NCBI GenBank assembly: GCA_965261255.1
Contig: CBDHCQ010000004.1
Location: 78,597 to 142,596, forward strand
Source: Rhodothermales bacterium
GTDB taxonomy: Bacteria > Bacteroidota > Rhodothermia > Rhodothermales > Bin80
Length of the DNA: 64,000 bases
Direction of reading: 5' to 3'
This document shows, one piece after another, positions 1 to 10,392 of the stretch. The notes below the pieces were generated by a model, which saw only the letters and a list, made by a program, of their open reading frames with translations, was not told the origin of the DNA and did no database searches. Position numbers and translations under genes: made by a program. Each line of letters begins with the position of its first letter. Within the stretch, counting starts at the first letter, position 1.

Positions 1-65
1 CATGGAGAATTATTTCTCCTCGTGCCGGCGGGAAATACGTCATCACCGGGACGGCGGAGGTTACA

Positions 66-956
66 ATGGGATCTTTGGACGAGGATCAAAAAGTACGGCT
101 CACTTCTTGGTTGATTAGCCAACGGATGATGGGAGAAGCCGAACCGATGATTACGTCCGACCTGGAGATGGACTCCACCCGCCGTCCGTCGGTTTCCCTG
201 CGGGCTGACAATCTCTTGAAGTACATAAACTCACAGGTTCGCAGGATAGATCATCTCTTTGAGTTCCCCATGGAACCTCCCAGGCCTGCCCCACATCAAG
301 GGCTATGGAAACTTTGTGCAGAAATGCTTGCCTGTTCAGATTCGACTCACTGGGGCGAGGTGCTTGTTCTGCTTAACCTCATGACAGAAGAGAGGGAGTG
401 GCTTATATCATCTCGAGCAGTACTTCCTGGTGGCGTGGACGGGTATACGTCCCGCCTAACCATGAGCGGCTACGCGCACCTTGCCGAACTGGAAAACCCA
501 AGCACAGATTCAACGCAAGCCTTCGTGGCGATGTGGTTTGATTCATCTCTTAAGGATGCCTACGATAAGGGAATAAAGCCTGCAATTGAAGACTCTGGAT
601 ATGCGCCAATGCGTATTGACGAGAAAGAGCATTCCAACAAAATTGACGACGAAATCATCGCCGAAATTCGTAGATCCAAGTTCCTGGTTGCAGACTTAAC
701 CGAGGGAGACGTCATCAAAGAAGAGGATGGGACGATAAAGGGCGGCACACGCGGAAGTGTTTATTATGAAGCCGGTTTTGCTCATGGACTTGCCAAGCCA
801 GTAATCTATACTTGCCGGGAGGATTCGCTCAAAAAGATCCATTTTGACATCCGGCAATATGCATGTATCGTATGGGATACGCCCGACAACCTTAAATCAA
901 GTCTTGCTAAACGAATCTCAGCTATCTTCGGAGATGGTTCCGGTCCACGTGCCTGA
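66..956 (+). CDS. two-domain protein; C-terminal nucleoside 2-deoxyribosyltransferase-like / TIR-like Rossmannoid domain, N-terminal domain unknown
   Basis: Long ORF with ATG at 66. The C-terminal half shows QAFVAMWF ... SKFLVADLT ... VYYEAGFAHGLAKPVIY, a pattern I associate with NDT-like/TIR-like effector domains. Only a short antisense ORF competes. Confidence 0.6.
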   Translation: MGSLDEDQKVRLTSWLISQRMMGEAEPMITSDLEMDSTRRPSVSLRADNLLKYINSQVRRIDHLFEFPMEPPRPAPHQGLWKLCAEMLACSDSTHWGEVLVLLNLMTEEREWLISSRAVLPGGVDGYTSRLTMSGYAHLAELENPSTDSTQAFVAMWFDSSLKDAYDKGIKPAIEDSGYAPMRIDEKEHSNKIDDEIIAEIRRSKFLVADLTEGDVIKEEDGTIKGGTRGSVYYEAGFAHGLAKPVIYTCREDSLKKIHFDIRQYACIVWDTPDNLKSSLAKRISAIFGDGSGPRA

Positions 957-1095
957 TCCTCCCAGGCCTCACAACATGAGGAGCTCTTGACGCATTTTTG
1001 TCGGAACCTGTTTTACCCAGCAACTCGGCTTCGCAACTCTCTGCTCCGCCTCGTTGCGCGTGCTCCCCCTCGAGTGAAACTTTTAATTGTCGTCG

Positions 1096-1383
1096 GTGAA
1101 AAAGGTAGCTGTCGCTGAACACACTTCCGCCTAGTGAGTGCATGTATGGGTGATCGAGTACCACAGCATCTATAGACCCTTCCTCGTACGGAAGCTTGCG
1201 GCAGTCTATGCCTGTGGCAATATCGGTAGCCAACAGATCATAACTACCGTGGGGGATCTGGCGCCAAAACACACCCTTGCCAAACGTAACATCCGCTACT
1301 GTACTGCCGGGCCTTACACAAAGCCCCAGCACATGCGGAAATACAGCATCATTACCAGATGCATAGGCAGTAAGACAACTACA
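1096..1383 (-). pseudogene. fragment of a SAM-dependent (DNA/RNA) methyltransferase
   Basis: Inside ORF 922..1560 only about 95 aa look protein-like: GSTVADVTFGKGVFW (motif I-like), then SIDAVVLDHPYMHS (a degenerate DPPY-type motif IV). The flanking parts of the ORF are low-quality sequence and run into the 3' end of the 66..956 gene. Confidence 0.35.
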
Positions 1384-2330
1384 CTCTGAAAGAGTGGACA
1401 CGGTCACGTAATGAGAAGTGGCCTCAATTATCGCAACTAAACACATACATAGATTAGACGCTTTTGGGAGGGGGCACATGTGCATGACGGGATACCGATC
1501 TGGCGCCTTGCGGGCTAGGGCGCATGTGCACGATGTCTCTCGTGGCCTTGAGCGTGCCAAGGTACGATCAAACGCAATTTAGGACGAATTAGTTGACCCA
1601 AAAACGGACACCGCAGCTTGAAGCTCCATCTTTTAATAAAAGATGAACTTGCATGACCTATGACGCGCGCCTGACAGGATCAGGCAAGATTTGTTCGACC
1701 CGATCATTGAGCTCGCCCATCACTCCGTTCTCAATCAACTAATCCCTGATGCCCCGAGAGAGCGCTACCTGTCCCAGTTTACGAACGAGCAGATTAAAGA
1801 TACTCTGGAGGAGCCAACAAAGGGCAGTTTCGACCAATTTCGCAGGAATGCGTCCGAATCTGCACAGCGCTGGGTGAGAGCGAGCTCTTGTAGGTTCAGA
1901 AACGCTTCCTCACCTAGGCCACTGGGGTGGGGGGGCACGGGAGGACTGGGAGATAGCCCTGAGAGTTCTGGAACCTCCTCTCCAGGACTGGCACCGGGAG
2001 AGGCTCATGCCCGCGTTGACCAGACTCAAGAGCTTCCCTGAATGCGAAAAGAAACTGGACGTCAGAAGCCATGGGGCTAGGTCTGAGTTCTCCAGGGAGG
2101 AATGCCAGGAGGGATTACCCATCTAAGTTTGCCAAGGTCATCTGTCACAAAACACGCGTATACCAGACTGATTAGCCGTCGAAGCCGCCAAGTCGCACCT
2201 CTATAAGTCACGTTGTGTATTATGATGTAAATTGCAGAAAGCATAGCGCCTCATTTGAAGCTCTTCCCAGTCACGGAGAGCCCTACTGGTATAGCATGAC
2301 ATCTATACCAGCATATGGATTGGACCTGCC

Positions 2331-2900
2331 TTGGTTGAGGAATGGATCAGACTGATACGCAGATATGCGGATAGACAGGACAGACCGTTGAACGAATTGG
2401 AATTAAGATGTCTGATGCGGCCCTATGAATCCGAACGCAATCAAGGGGAGGTTCGTAGCCGTGCCCTGAAGCTGCTGCGCACGCAATCGATCTCTTGCGT
2501 ATGGACCGGCAGGAAGCTTGACGCGAAGTGCATGCACATTGACCACTGTCTCCCTTGGGCAGCGTGGACGTGTGATGATCTCTGGAATTTAATGTCCGCT
2601 AACAAGACCTCGAATCTAAGTACGAAAGATCGCTTGCCCGACATCATCACCATCCGGGAAGCTCAGGACCGTATCATGACTTGGTAGGACGATGCCTACC
2701 GCAGGGAAGAGGCAACTAGTGAACGGTTTCTATTAGAGGCAAGGGCCCGGCTGCCCGCACTGAAGGAATCCGCCCCCTCACTTGATGACGTATTCTTCGC
2801 TTTGGATCTGCAGAGGACACGTTTGTACAATGATCACCGCATTCCTGAGTGGTCTGGACCTCGCGGGTCAGTTCCAACCCTTCTTTCAATGCGAGAGTAA
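2331..2900 (+). pseudogene. HNH endonuclease, N-terminally truncated and interrupted by an in-frame TAG
   Basis: HNH signature CVWTGRKLD...HIDHCLPWAAW...DLWNLMSANKTSNLSTKDRLP. There is an in-frame TAG at 2685-2687, and the same frame stays open for about 70 more protein-like codons to the TAA at 2898-2900. An in-frame stop lies upstream at 2292-2294 and no ATG follows it. Confidence 0.6.
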
Positions 2901-2974
2901 ATGAGTAATCGCCATCATTGGGACTTCGAGCAAGATCTTTCTCTTCGCGCTCAGAATACAGATATCAGGGAGCA

Positions 2975-3859
2975 CTACGGCGTGAGCGCCATCGCTCCAA
3001 GCACGCCAGCCCTGCTCCCAAGCCCAGGTGGGACGATGTACTGGTCAATCTGACGTATCAGTTCCTTCGCCCTCACATACCCATTCAAGTGTGACTGGAC
3101 ACGCGTACGAATGGCAGGAAATAAATGCTCCTGCTGCATCACTCCACCGCCCATAATGACTCGTTCAGGTGAGAGGATCAGGATCATATTGGTTACCGCA
3201 AACGAGAGATAGTGCGCCACAAAAGACCATGCAATATGGTCCGGTGGAAGGGTCTCTGCAGGAGTCCCCCAATGTGCCTGGATCGCCGGCCCGGCCACCA
3301 TCCCCTCCAGGCAGGCGCCATGAAAGGGACAATTCCCCTTGTAATCATCTCCCTCAGCACGCGGCAAAAAAAGATGTCCCATCTCTGGATGTACCAGCCC
3401 ATGAACAGGCTGACCATTTACTAGCGCTCCACCCCCGACACCCGTCCCAATCGTAAGATAGAGAAGGTTCTGCGTCCCCTGACCCGCTCCCCATAAGTAT
3501 TCGCCGACGGCAGCACCATTGACATCCGTATCAAAGGCAACAGGTAATTGCAGGTTACGCGCTACAAAGCCGGCTAAGTCCGTGTTTCGCCATCCAGGCT
3601 TCGGAGTGCTTGTGATGAAGCCATAAGTATTAGAGGTTGGCCGAACATCTGCAGGACCGAATGTAGCGATTCCGATAGCGTCTGGTAAACGGGGTTGCGA
3701 ACGAAAGAAATCCAAGGTGCGACCGAGTGTTTCCCGGGGGGTCGTAGTGGGGAATCGCTCCAACGAGAGAATGTTGTCCGGCGGGTATCCGACAGCACAG
3801 ACAAACTTCGTGCCTCCCGCTTCTATGCCTCCCAGGAGAGGGGCTGATGTATGCGTCAA
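2975..3859 (-). CDS. ROK-family sugar kinase (fructokinase-like)
   Basis: The N-terminus LGGIEAGGTKFVCAVG matches the ROK fructokinase ATP-binding start. A Zn/Cys motif CPFHGACLEG and the glycine-rich LTIGTGVGGG are present. Confidence 0.9.
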   Translation of the reverse strand: MTHTSAPLLGGIEAGGTKFVCAVGYPPDNILSLERFPTTTPRETLGRTLDFFRSQPRLPDAIGIATFGPADVRPTSNTYGFITSTPKPGWRNTDLAGFVARNLQLPVAFDTDVNGAAVGEYLWGAGQGTQNLLYLTIGTGVGGGALVNGQPVHGLVHPEMGHLFLPRAEGDDYKGNCPFHGACLEGMVAGPAIQAHWGTPAETLPPDHIAWSFVAHYLSFAVTNMILILSPERVIMGGGVMQQEHLFPAIRTRVQSHLNGYVRAKELIRQIDQYIVPPGLGSRAGVLGAMALTP

Positions 3860-4227
3860 AACGGCAAAAAATCAATGGGTTATCTACGTGAGTACCCGAT
3901 CGCGGTGAAATAGGTCATGTGATCAGAGGCATTTGCATGGGTAACCTGTGTCCGGGAGTACGGGACCTGCACGGACAGAGACGCATCATTGGTCACCTGA
4001 TGGCCCGTAAAGAAGATATAACGGCAGCTATGCAAAAGGGACTCACATTTCGTGGGGCGATAAGATTCTCTGATGGAATTGTCTGCCCCAGCAACGGGTA
4101 AGAGGCTGTAGTGCCATCCTTCGGGGCGGAACTTGTTGGTGGGGCAGCAAAGAATGTCCTAGCACCCGAGAACACTCCTATCCCGACCACAAATGGGATG
4201 GTGAACCAGAGGGCAATGTGCGTGTGC

Positions 4228-5328
4228 TTACGGATTTACATCTGTGGGCGGGACAAATTTATAGCGCAGGACTAAAGGATTGCCGAAGTCTCCATCTGGC
4301 AGTATCTCATAGTCGGCCTGGTGGTAGACATAGCCGTTAGCAGCCCCAATAGGATAAAACGGGACTATGGCTGCGCGGGCGGGGAACGCTCCCACATTGC
4401 TGACCACCGCGATGCCCGTTTGCAGTAATACATCCGGTAGACGCCATTCTATCGGTAGCTTGGAGTACACGATCATGCGGGTGGTGCTATCGATGGCCAA
4501 TATTCCCGAATTGGTTGGAAACTCATTGATCTCATCTCGCGTGGCTAGCACGTCTGGCCCGAGCCTAATGTCCCGGACCCGCTTGGTAAAAAATACCGGA
4601 TCAACTTGGGCGACATTGGCATGGCTAAACACCGGCAAAGCATCGGACCATTCGGCATATTTGTAGTATGGGCCATCTGCAAAGCAGGCCATCGATCGTC
4701 CTCCAAAGCCCTTATAGCGTCGGTTTAGCCGCGGGAATTCAGGCTCCTCAATCTGCCATATGTCCAGCATCTCCAAGTCGCGTGTTACAGCATGGACCTC
4801 GGGCTTGACGTACGCTGTATACCCCGGCTGTATGAGAACGGTGTCCCCAACTGCGCAAGCCCCCTCTAAGCCAATGGGGAAACGAAATTCGGTCGCTGCG
4901 CAACCTCCTGACTCGTCAAAGACTGCCACCGACCCATCACCCCCCAAAAGCATAACTCTCCCGCCGCCTATAAACCGCACGAACTTAACGCGGTCGTCGG
5001 CGTGATCAGGCTGACAGGTACCGATTAAGTACGTCTGAATGTGTTTCCCAGAAGCCGAAAAATGAAGCGCGCTCTTTGAGATTTCATCGGCGATCAGCAA
5101 ATGTCCTTCTTGGCTCACATCCAGGAAGCTGGCAATTCCGACCAAAACTTCAGAGTCCAAGCGAATCGTGTCCGGGGAGGCGAATATGTCACCAAATGGC
5201 ACAATAGGCGACTCCACGATGTTCCGCAATGGCGAATCGGACGCGGCGCAGCCGGTTGCCACCACCAACGCAACTGCCAGAATAATGCCCGGACTCAGGT
5301 CGGAATAAACTGGCGCGCCCCAGGTCAT
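4228..5328 (-). CDS. 6-bladed beta-propeller-type lipoprotein (paralog of 26703..27731)
   Basis: Lipoprotein-like N-terminus (LAVALVVATGCAAS). Hand alignment to the 26703 ORF is collinear: FLDVSQEGHLLIADE vs HMDVDSNGRLLITDW, and GNPLVLRYKFVPP vs PNPHLEVYQFITP. Confidence 0.6.
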   Translation of the reverse strand: MTWGAPVYSDLSPGIILAVALVVATGCAASDSPLRNIVESPIVPFGDIFASPDTIRLDSEVLVGIASFLDVSQEGHLLIADEISKSALHFSASGKHIQTYLIGTCQPDHADDRVKFVRFIGGGRVMLLGGDGSVAVFDESGGCAATEFRFPIGLEGACAVGDTVLIQPGYTAYVKPEVHAVTRDLEMLDIWQIEEPEFPRLNRRYKGFGGRSMACFADGPYYKYAEWSDALPVFSHANVAQVDPVFFTKRVRDIRLGPDVLATRDEINEFPTNSGILAIDSTTRMIVYSKLPIEWRLPDVLLQTGIAVVSNVGAFPARAAIVPFYPIGAANGYVYHQADYEILPDGDFGNPLVLRYKFVPPTDVNP

Positions 5329-5343
5329 CGATAGGTCCCTCGA

Positions 5344-7197
5344 TCAGTTAGTGTTGGTTGCATCCACGAGAATGCGTGTCATGCGTGCGACGAATGCAGA
5401 AGGTTCTGAGAGGTTACCATCCATCAAGAGTGCTCCTTCGTACACTTGTTCGATAGCTTCCTCAACTAGGTTGCATTGTTTTTTCTCGGAATTCAGAGCC
5501 AGGATATTTTTCATGAGTGGGTGCTCCACATTGACTTCTAGGACCTTTCTTGCTCCCTCATAGTCTGGGTTCATGGATTTCATCATGCGCTCCATCTGCG
5601 GATCCATTCCATCTTTGGCTGTCACCAGTGTCGCAGCAGAATCCACTAGGCGTTTGGATGCAGCCACATCCTGTATCCGTTCACCTAACTGAACGCGAAA
5701 GAGCTTGAGGAGGGTATCGGTATCATCATCGGGCAGAGAGACCTCTTCAGAATCATCACCAAGATCAAGATCCGTCCCGGTGATACTCTTGAAAGACTTT
5801 CCTTCAAAGTCCTCCATGTTTGGCAACGTTAGTGTATCAACGGGGTCTGGAAGGAGTAATACTTCAATTCCCTTGCGAGCGAATACCTCGAGATGAGGAC
5901 TGGTGCGGGCGGATTCGAGGGAATCAGACAAGAGGTAGTATATGTTTTCCTGATCCTCCGGCATGCGCTCAACGTAGTCCTTGAGTGCTGTTAAGCTCCT
6001 GCCGTCTGGGTGGGTTGAATAGTAGCGCATGAGCTCCAGGAGCTCTTCGCGTCGGGCGTAGTCGCTCCAGAATCCAGCTTTGAGTATTCCCCCAAAGTTG
6101 CTAAAAAACTTGTCGTAAAGCCCCTCATTCTCTGAGGTCCAGTCCTTTAGAAGGCCGAGAATCTTGTTGGTGAGGGTAGAGCGGATTCGCTGGGCGGCAG
6201 GACTGTTCTGGGTAACCTCCCTGGATACATTCAGTGGAAGGTCATCCGTGTCCACTACCCCTTTTATGAACTGTAAGTAATCCGGCAACAACTCCTGCGC
6301 ATCGTCTCGTACGAATACTCCCGAGGAGTAAAGGTGGAGACCGCGTCGATTCTCTTCTTGGAAAAAGGGTGCGGAGGGCTGTGAGGGAACGAAAAGGAGT
6401 GCATCAAACGAAATCAGTCCCTCAATCTGCAGGTGTAAATGCCCGATAGGTTCCGAGTAATCGCCCGTCAGGAACTTGTAAAACTCGTTGCGCTCTTCAT
6501 CTGTGATGTCGTCCTTGCGTTTTCTCCAGAGCGCTTTGATGGTATTCGCCTGTTCGGAGCCCAGGATGATTGGGAAGTCCACAAAATTTGAGTATTTCCG
6601 AATTATTGACCGTACGCGAAGCTCCGTCGCAAAATCTTTGGTGTCCTCCTTTAAGTGCAATTTAATACTGGTTCCATGCTCACTACGTGTGCCCGGACTA
6701 ATTGTATAGGTGCCTGCACCATCGCTGCTCCAGCTCAATGATTCGGCTTCTTCGTCCGCATGCAGCGTTTCAATATCTATTTTATCGGCTACCATGAAAG
6801 CAGAATAGAAGCCCACGCCAAACTTTCCGATCATGTTGGCATCAACCTTTTTGCCGGCTGCTTTCTGCTCCTCAATAAAGGCCAGCGTACCGCTGCTTGC
6901 GACGGTTCCCAATCTATTGATCAGATCGTCGCGCGTCATACCAATCCCGGTGTCCTCTATGGACAGGGTATTGGCCTCCTCGTCCATAGTGATAGTAATC
7001 TGGAGGTTCGTTTTGTCACCTTCAGAGTGGTCAGTCAGTTGACGAATGCGGGCCTTGTTGAGTGCATCCGATGCATTGGAGATTAGTTCTCGCAAGAATA
7101 TCTCCTGGTTAGTGTAAAGCGAATTAACGATGAGATGCAGCAACTGCTGCATCTCGGCCTTGTATTCAAATTGTTGGGATTGTGTGGTTTCCGCCAT
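5344..7197 (-). CDS. htpG: molecular chaperone HtpG (Hsp90)
   Basis: FEYKAEMQQLLHLIVNSLYTNQEIFLRELISNASDALNK, then IGKFGVGFYSAFMVADK. Full-length 617 aa. Confidence 0.97.
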   Translation of the reverse strand: MAETTQSQQFEYKAEMQQLLHLIVNSLYTNQEIFLRELISNASDALNKARIRQLTDHSEGDKTNLQITITMDEEANTLSIEDTGIGMTRDDLINRLGTVASSGTLAFIEEQKAAGKKVDANMIGKFGVGFYSAFMVADKIDIETLHADEEAESLSWSSDGAGTYTISPGTRSEHGTSIKLHLKEDTKDFATELRVRSIIRKYSNFVDFPIILGSEQANTIKALWRKRKDDITDEERNEFYKFLTGDYSEPIGHLHLQIEGLISFDALLFVPSQPSAPFFQEENRRGLHLYSSGVFVRDDAQELLPDYLQFIKGVVDTDDLPLNVSREVTQNSPAAQRIRSTLTNKILGLLKDWTSENEGLYDKFFSNFGGILKAGFWSDYARREELLELMRYYSTHPDGRSLTALKDYVERMPEDQENIYYLLSDSLESARTSPHLEVFARKGIEVLLLPDPVDTLTLPNMEDFEGKSFKSITGTDLDLGDDSEEVSLPDDDTDTLLKLFRVQLGERIQDVAASKRLVDSAATLVTAKDGMDPQMERMMKSMNPDYEGARKVLEVNVEHPLMKNILALNSEKKQCNLVEEAIEQVYEGALLMDGNLSEPSAFVARMTRILVDATNTN

Positions 7198-7211
7198 TAG
7201 TGTATTATCGG

Positions 7212-8096
7212 TTACTCTCCAGTCAATGACGATGGGTCAGGGAAAAGTTGGGTCAATCGACTCTCGTAAACCCTGTAGGTAAATTGACTGCCGCCGGATG
7301 TGATAGCTATCGCAGACTCGGCGGGCATTGCCTGGACAGACGAGGTCGTGTTCGTGCTAGTTGAAAAATCGATACGATAGCTGGCGTCCGTCAGTATCTG
7401 CACTGGAATATCATCAAGGAACCCATCTCCACTCAGTGGGGCGAACCGTCGAATCCAGTTGGTTACCTGCAGGCTGTCCCCCGGTTGGCCATCTACCATC
7501 CAAACCCCATTATTAAGGGATACTTCGTAACTGTCGTCCGGGCGCGTCACCCGCGCCGACACCACGGTGCCAATTCCAAGATCAAGAATCTGGCGGTCTC
7601 GCCAACGGTCAAGGTCCTGGCTCACGGTTACTCTTCCTTTCGTTGAATAAACATTGGGACCGTCTCCGATTTTGACGTAAATCGACATATAATCCCGCCC
7701 CTGTCTGGAAATCACTAGGTTCTCAGTACCGTCGGGCCATGTCAGATTCACGGTGGTAGCGGTTGAATCTATGCCATAAATGCCGTAGCGATCGGGGTTG
7801 CTGGTTGCCCGGTTGTTGAGCGACAAACCTTCCAGTTCATTCAGTAGGCGGGTGACGGTTGCCGAATCGGCTGGCATATCCACAGGATCACGCACGAACC
7901 ATTGCAGGCCCTGTTTTTCCAGTGTGAGCGTTGCATCCGGTAGTGTGACGGAGATATGTGTGATTTCACTGGTTGGGAGATCAAGTTCGGGTACGTCAAC
8001 GTTGCTCGGGTTCCGATCAAACACACCAGAGGCCCAGGCAATAACCAGGAGCACAACCAGTGTGCCGCCGAGCACAAGAGTTTGCTTTTGCCGCAT
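7212..8096 (-). CDS. DUF4340-like protein downstream of GldG-type gene
   Basis: N-terminal TM segment, then the pattern W.V.DP...PADSATVTRLLNELEGL. It sits directly after the GldG-like gene, as in the common ABC / ABC-2 / GldG / DUF4340 cluster. Confidence 0.7.
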   Translation of the reverse strand: MRQKQTLVLGGTLVVLLVIAWASGVFDRNPSNVDVPELDLPTSEITHISVTLPDATLTLEKQGLQWFVRDPVDMPADSATVTRLLNELEGLSLNNRATSNPDRYGIYGIDSTATTVNLTWPDGTENLVISRQGRDYMSIYVKIGDGPNVYSTKGRVTVSQDLDRWRDRQILDLGIGTVVSARVTRPDDSYEVSLNNGVWMVDGQPGDSLQVTNWIRRFAPLSGDGFLDDIPVQILTDASYRIDFSTSTNTTSSVQAMPAESAIAITSGGSQFTYRVYESRLTQLFPDPSSLTGE

Positions 8097-8104
8097 GAGT
8101 CAGA

Positions 8105-9622
8105 TTACTTCAATACTACGATTTGTCTTGCACGCCGCTTGCGCCAGCGCGCAATTCCGAAAATGACCACAATCAGCAACGGTCCAAGCATGTTGGCATA
8201 TTTGATGAGCGGCCGTGTGTCTTCAGAGATATCCCGGAGTGCGCGTGGTTCGATAGATTTTGAACGAATGCTCAGGAGTGCATCATCCTGAGCGAGCCAG
8301 TCCACCAAGTTCAGTCCAAACTGGGCATTACCTCCCTGCGGGGGAATGAGTGATTCGTTCACAAAGTCGCCATCTCCGACAACAACCAGTCGTGTCGGCA
8401 TTCCGGTGCGTCCAGGTTCGTAAGCACTGGGAAAACTACCAGTATAGGCGGCCCCCAGCAGGTAAGGTCCGCCGGCTAATGTTGCGGTGGTCTGTGTTGG
8501 CTGCAACATAAAGAACCCTTGTTGCATGCCGCTTTGGGGGGATGAATATATGAGTGGTTCGCGTGTCACGCCACTTGGCAGCACTGCACTTGTATCAACA
8601 GAGCTCACAAAGTAAAACATGAGATCTTGCAGACGATTGACCATCTGGTTTTCTGTATTGAAACGAGATGCAACCGGGAAGAGAGGATACTGTATTTGCT
8701 GCGCAATATTAAAGAAGCCCTGGCGCTGTTGCACGGTGACGACGGAACTTTGCTCATCCATAATGAGGTTGGGTGTGAGCACGATGCCGTAATTGGCTAG
8801 GAGTGGTTCAATACCAATATTGAGCTCAATCGCCTGTCCGGCTTGTAAGTTGGCGGCTACACGATTGAGCAGAAATCCAACGCGCCCGCCCTCCATGATA
8901 TAACTGTCGAGTGCCCGCAGGTCAGGTTCGGGGATCGTATCGGCTGGTGCGACGATGACTAGTACATCAGGCCGGTCTTCCCCTTGCAGGTCCAATCCTG
9001 TTACCGATTGCACATCGTAATTAGTCGCAAGGTTCTGTTGCAGTCGTGGCATATCCCGCATCAGATCAGGCTCTCCGTGGTCCGTCCAGAATCCAGCTGT
9101 CGGTTTTTCCGTCTGTGTCAGTCGCCGAATGGCGCTGGTCAGATCGTATTCGAGCCTCGAAAGATCCTGAATCACCGGAATTGACTCACGGTTGTTTTCA
9201 TACTCGATAGCTACACCCATATAGGCGTTTTTGAGCTGTACGTTGTCACTTTCGATGACCTGAATCTGTACAGGTGGTATGCCCAAGCGGGTTGCTTCTC
9301 CACGAATCTCTTCATCCTCTCCCGGATCAATGAATTCGTATGCCACATTCTGTCCGCCGTAAGCACGGTAATCATTCAGCTTATCTCTTAGAAATCGCCG
9401 ATTCGATGCGAATTGAGCAGGCAGGTCTGCGCTGAAGTAGGCTTTGATCGTGACCGGATCTTCCAGATTTTCAACGATATCTCTCGATGCACGCGAGAGC
9501 GAATACACGCGGTCATCTGTAAGATCCAGGCGTCCGAAGAGATTCAGGCCGATCAGGTTTACGACTACCAGGATTGCAGCGGCAAGTAATAGTGTAGTCT
9601 GTGAAGAAAAATCTCGTTTCAT
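8105..9622 (-). CDS. gldG: GldG-like ABC-transporter auxiliary component
   Basis: 505 aa with N- and C-terminal TM anchors (the C-terminus ends LLIVVIFGIARWRKRR). It follows the ABC-2 permease with a short gap. Confidence 0.75.
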   Translation of the reverse strand: MKRDFSSQTTLLLAAAILVVVNLIGLNLFGRLDLTDDRVYSLSRASRDIVENLEDPVTIKAYFSADLPAQFASNRRFLRDKLNDYRAYGGQNVAYEFIDPGEDEEIRGEATRLGIPPVQIQVIESDNVQLKNAYMGVAIEYENNRESIPVIQDLSRLEYDLTSAIRRLTQTEKPTAGFWTDHGEPDLMRDMPRLQQNLATNYDVQSVTGLDLQGEDRPDVLVIVAPADTIPEPDLRALDSYIMEGGRVGFLLNRVAANLQAGQAIELNIGIEPLLANYGIVLTPNLIMDEQSSVVTVQQRQGFFNIAQQIQYPLFPVASRFNTENQMVNRLQDLMFYFVSSVDTSAVLPSGVTREPLIYSSPQSGMQQGFFMLQPTQTTATLAGGPYLLGAAYTGSFPSAYEPGRTGMPTRLVVVGDGDFVNESLIPPQGGNAQFGLNLVDWLAQDDALLSIRSKSIEPRALRDISEDTRPLIKYANMLGPLLIVVIFGIARWRKRRARQIVVLK

Positions 9623-9639
9623 GACTCAGCAGTCTCAAT

Positions 9640-10347
9640 CTATTCAGGCCGCTTGGCCAAGGTGTATGTTGTCAGTAGGAAAGCAAATCCTGTTAGAGAT
9701 ACGTAGTACAGAACGTCGCGCGTATCAATGACACCACGCATAAGGTTCTGGAAGTGATAATCTGCTCCCAGGTATTGCATGATTACTCCTAGTTGACCGG
9801 GCACAAAATCTGTGATTTTGTCGAGCAGAAACAGGACGAATATGATCGCAAACCCCAAGATGAATGCAACGATCTGATTGCGGGTCAAACTGCTGGCCCA
9901 AATACCGATGGCACCGTAGGTGGTGCCCAACAGAAAGAGCCCCAAGTATCCCCCGACTGTTCCGCCTAAATCCAGATCGCCAAGTATGGCCAGCGTGAGC
10001 GCATATACGAAGGTTAGTGCGATAGCCAACAATAACAGGATTGCTACGGAGAGAAGTTTACCTAGAATGACCTGCCAGTCGCGTATGGGCAGTGTCAGTA
10101 GCAATTCTAATGTTCCAGCACGGCGCTCTTCGGCAAATGACGACATGGTCAAGGCCGGCATGAAGAACAGGAATATGAAGGGAACAATCGAAAAAACAGA
10201 GTGAAGCGAGGCCACATTCTGCAAAAACAGAGCGTTGCCGAAAAACCATCCGGTGATGGCCAGGAATACGCACAACACAACGTAAGCTGCGGGCCCGTCA
10301 AAATAGGCCCTTAATTCACGCTTCGTGAGAGTCCAGGTTTGGTTCAT
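9640..10347 (-). CDS. gldF: ABC-2 type permease (GldF-like)
   Basis: 235 aa, multi-pass hydrophobic, with FAEERRAGTLELLLTLP typical of ABC-2/GldF permeases. Confidence 0.8.
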   Translation of the reverse strand: MNQTWTLTKRELRAYFDGPAAYVVLCVFLAITGWFFGNALFLQNVASLHSVFSIVPFIFLFFMPALTMSSFAEERRAGTLELLLTLPIRDWQVILGKLLSVAILLLLAIALTFVYALTLAILGDLDLGGTVGGYLGLFLLGTTYGAIGIWASSLTRNQIVAFILGFAIIFVLFLLDKITDFVPGQLGVIMQYLGADYHFQNLMRGVIDTRDVLYYVSLTGFAFLLTTYTLAKRPE

Positions 10348-10392
10348 AATTGATAGTTAAACGTCGTACTTGGAAGTAGATATCGTCGGTGT

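Noticed and set aside
1691-2122. ORFs 1691..2041(+) and 1910..2122(-)
   Set aside because: The second half of the plus ORF is Gly/Ser/Pro low-complexity sequence, and the minus ORF is its antisense shadow. At most this is a relic of the gene that once preceded the HNH fragment.
5344-7197. Whether htpG (also a GHKL ATPase) is functionally linked to the GHKL protein at 17180..19114
   Set aside because: htpG is a canonical full-length Hsp90 in a housekeeping context 10 kb away. Apart from the Bergerat-fold boxes, the two proteins share no similarity that I can see.
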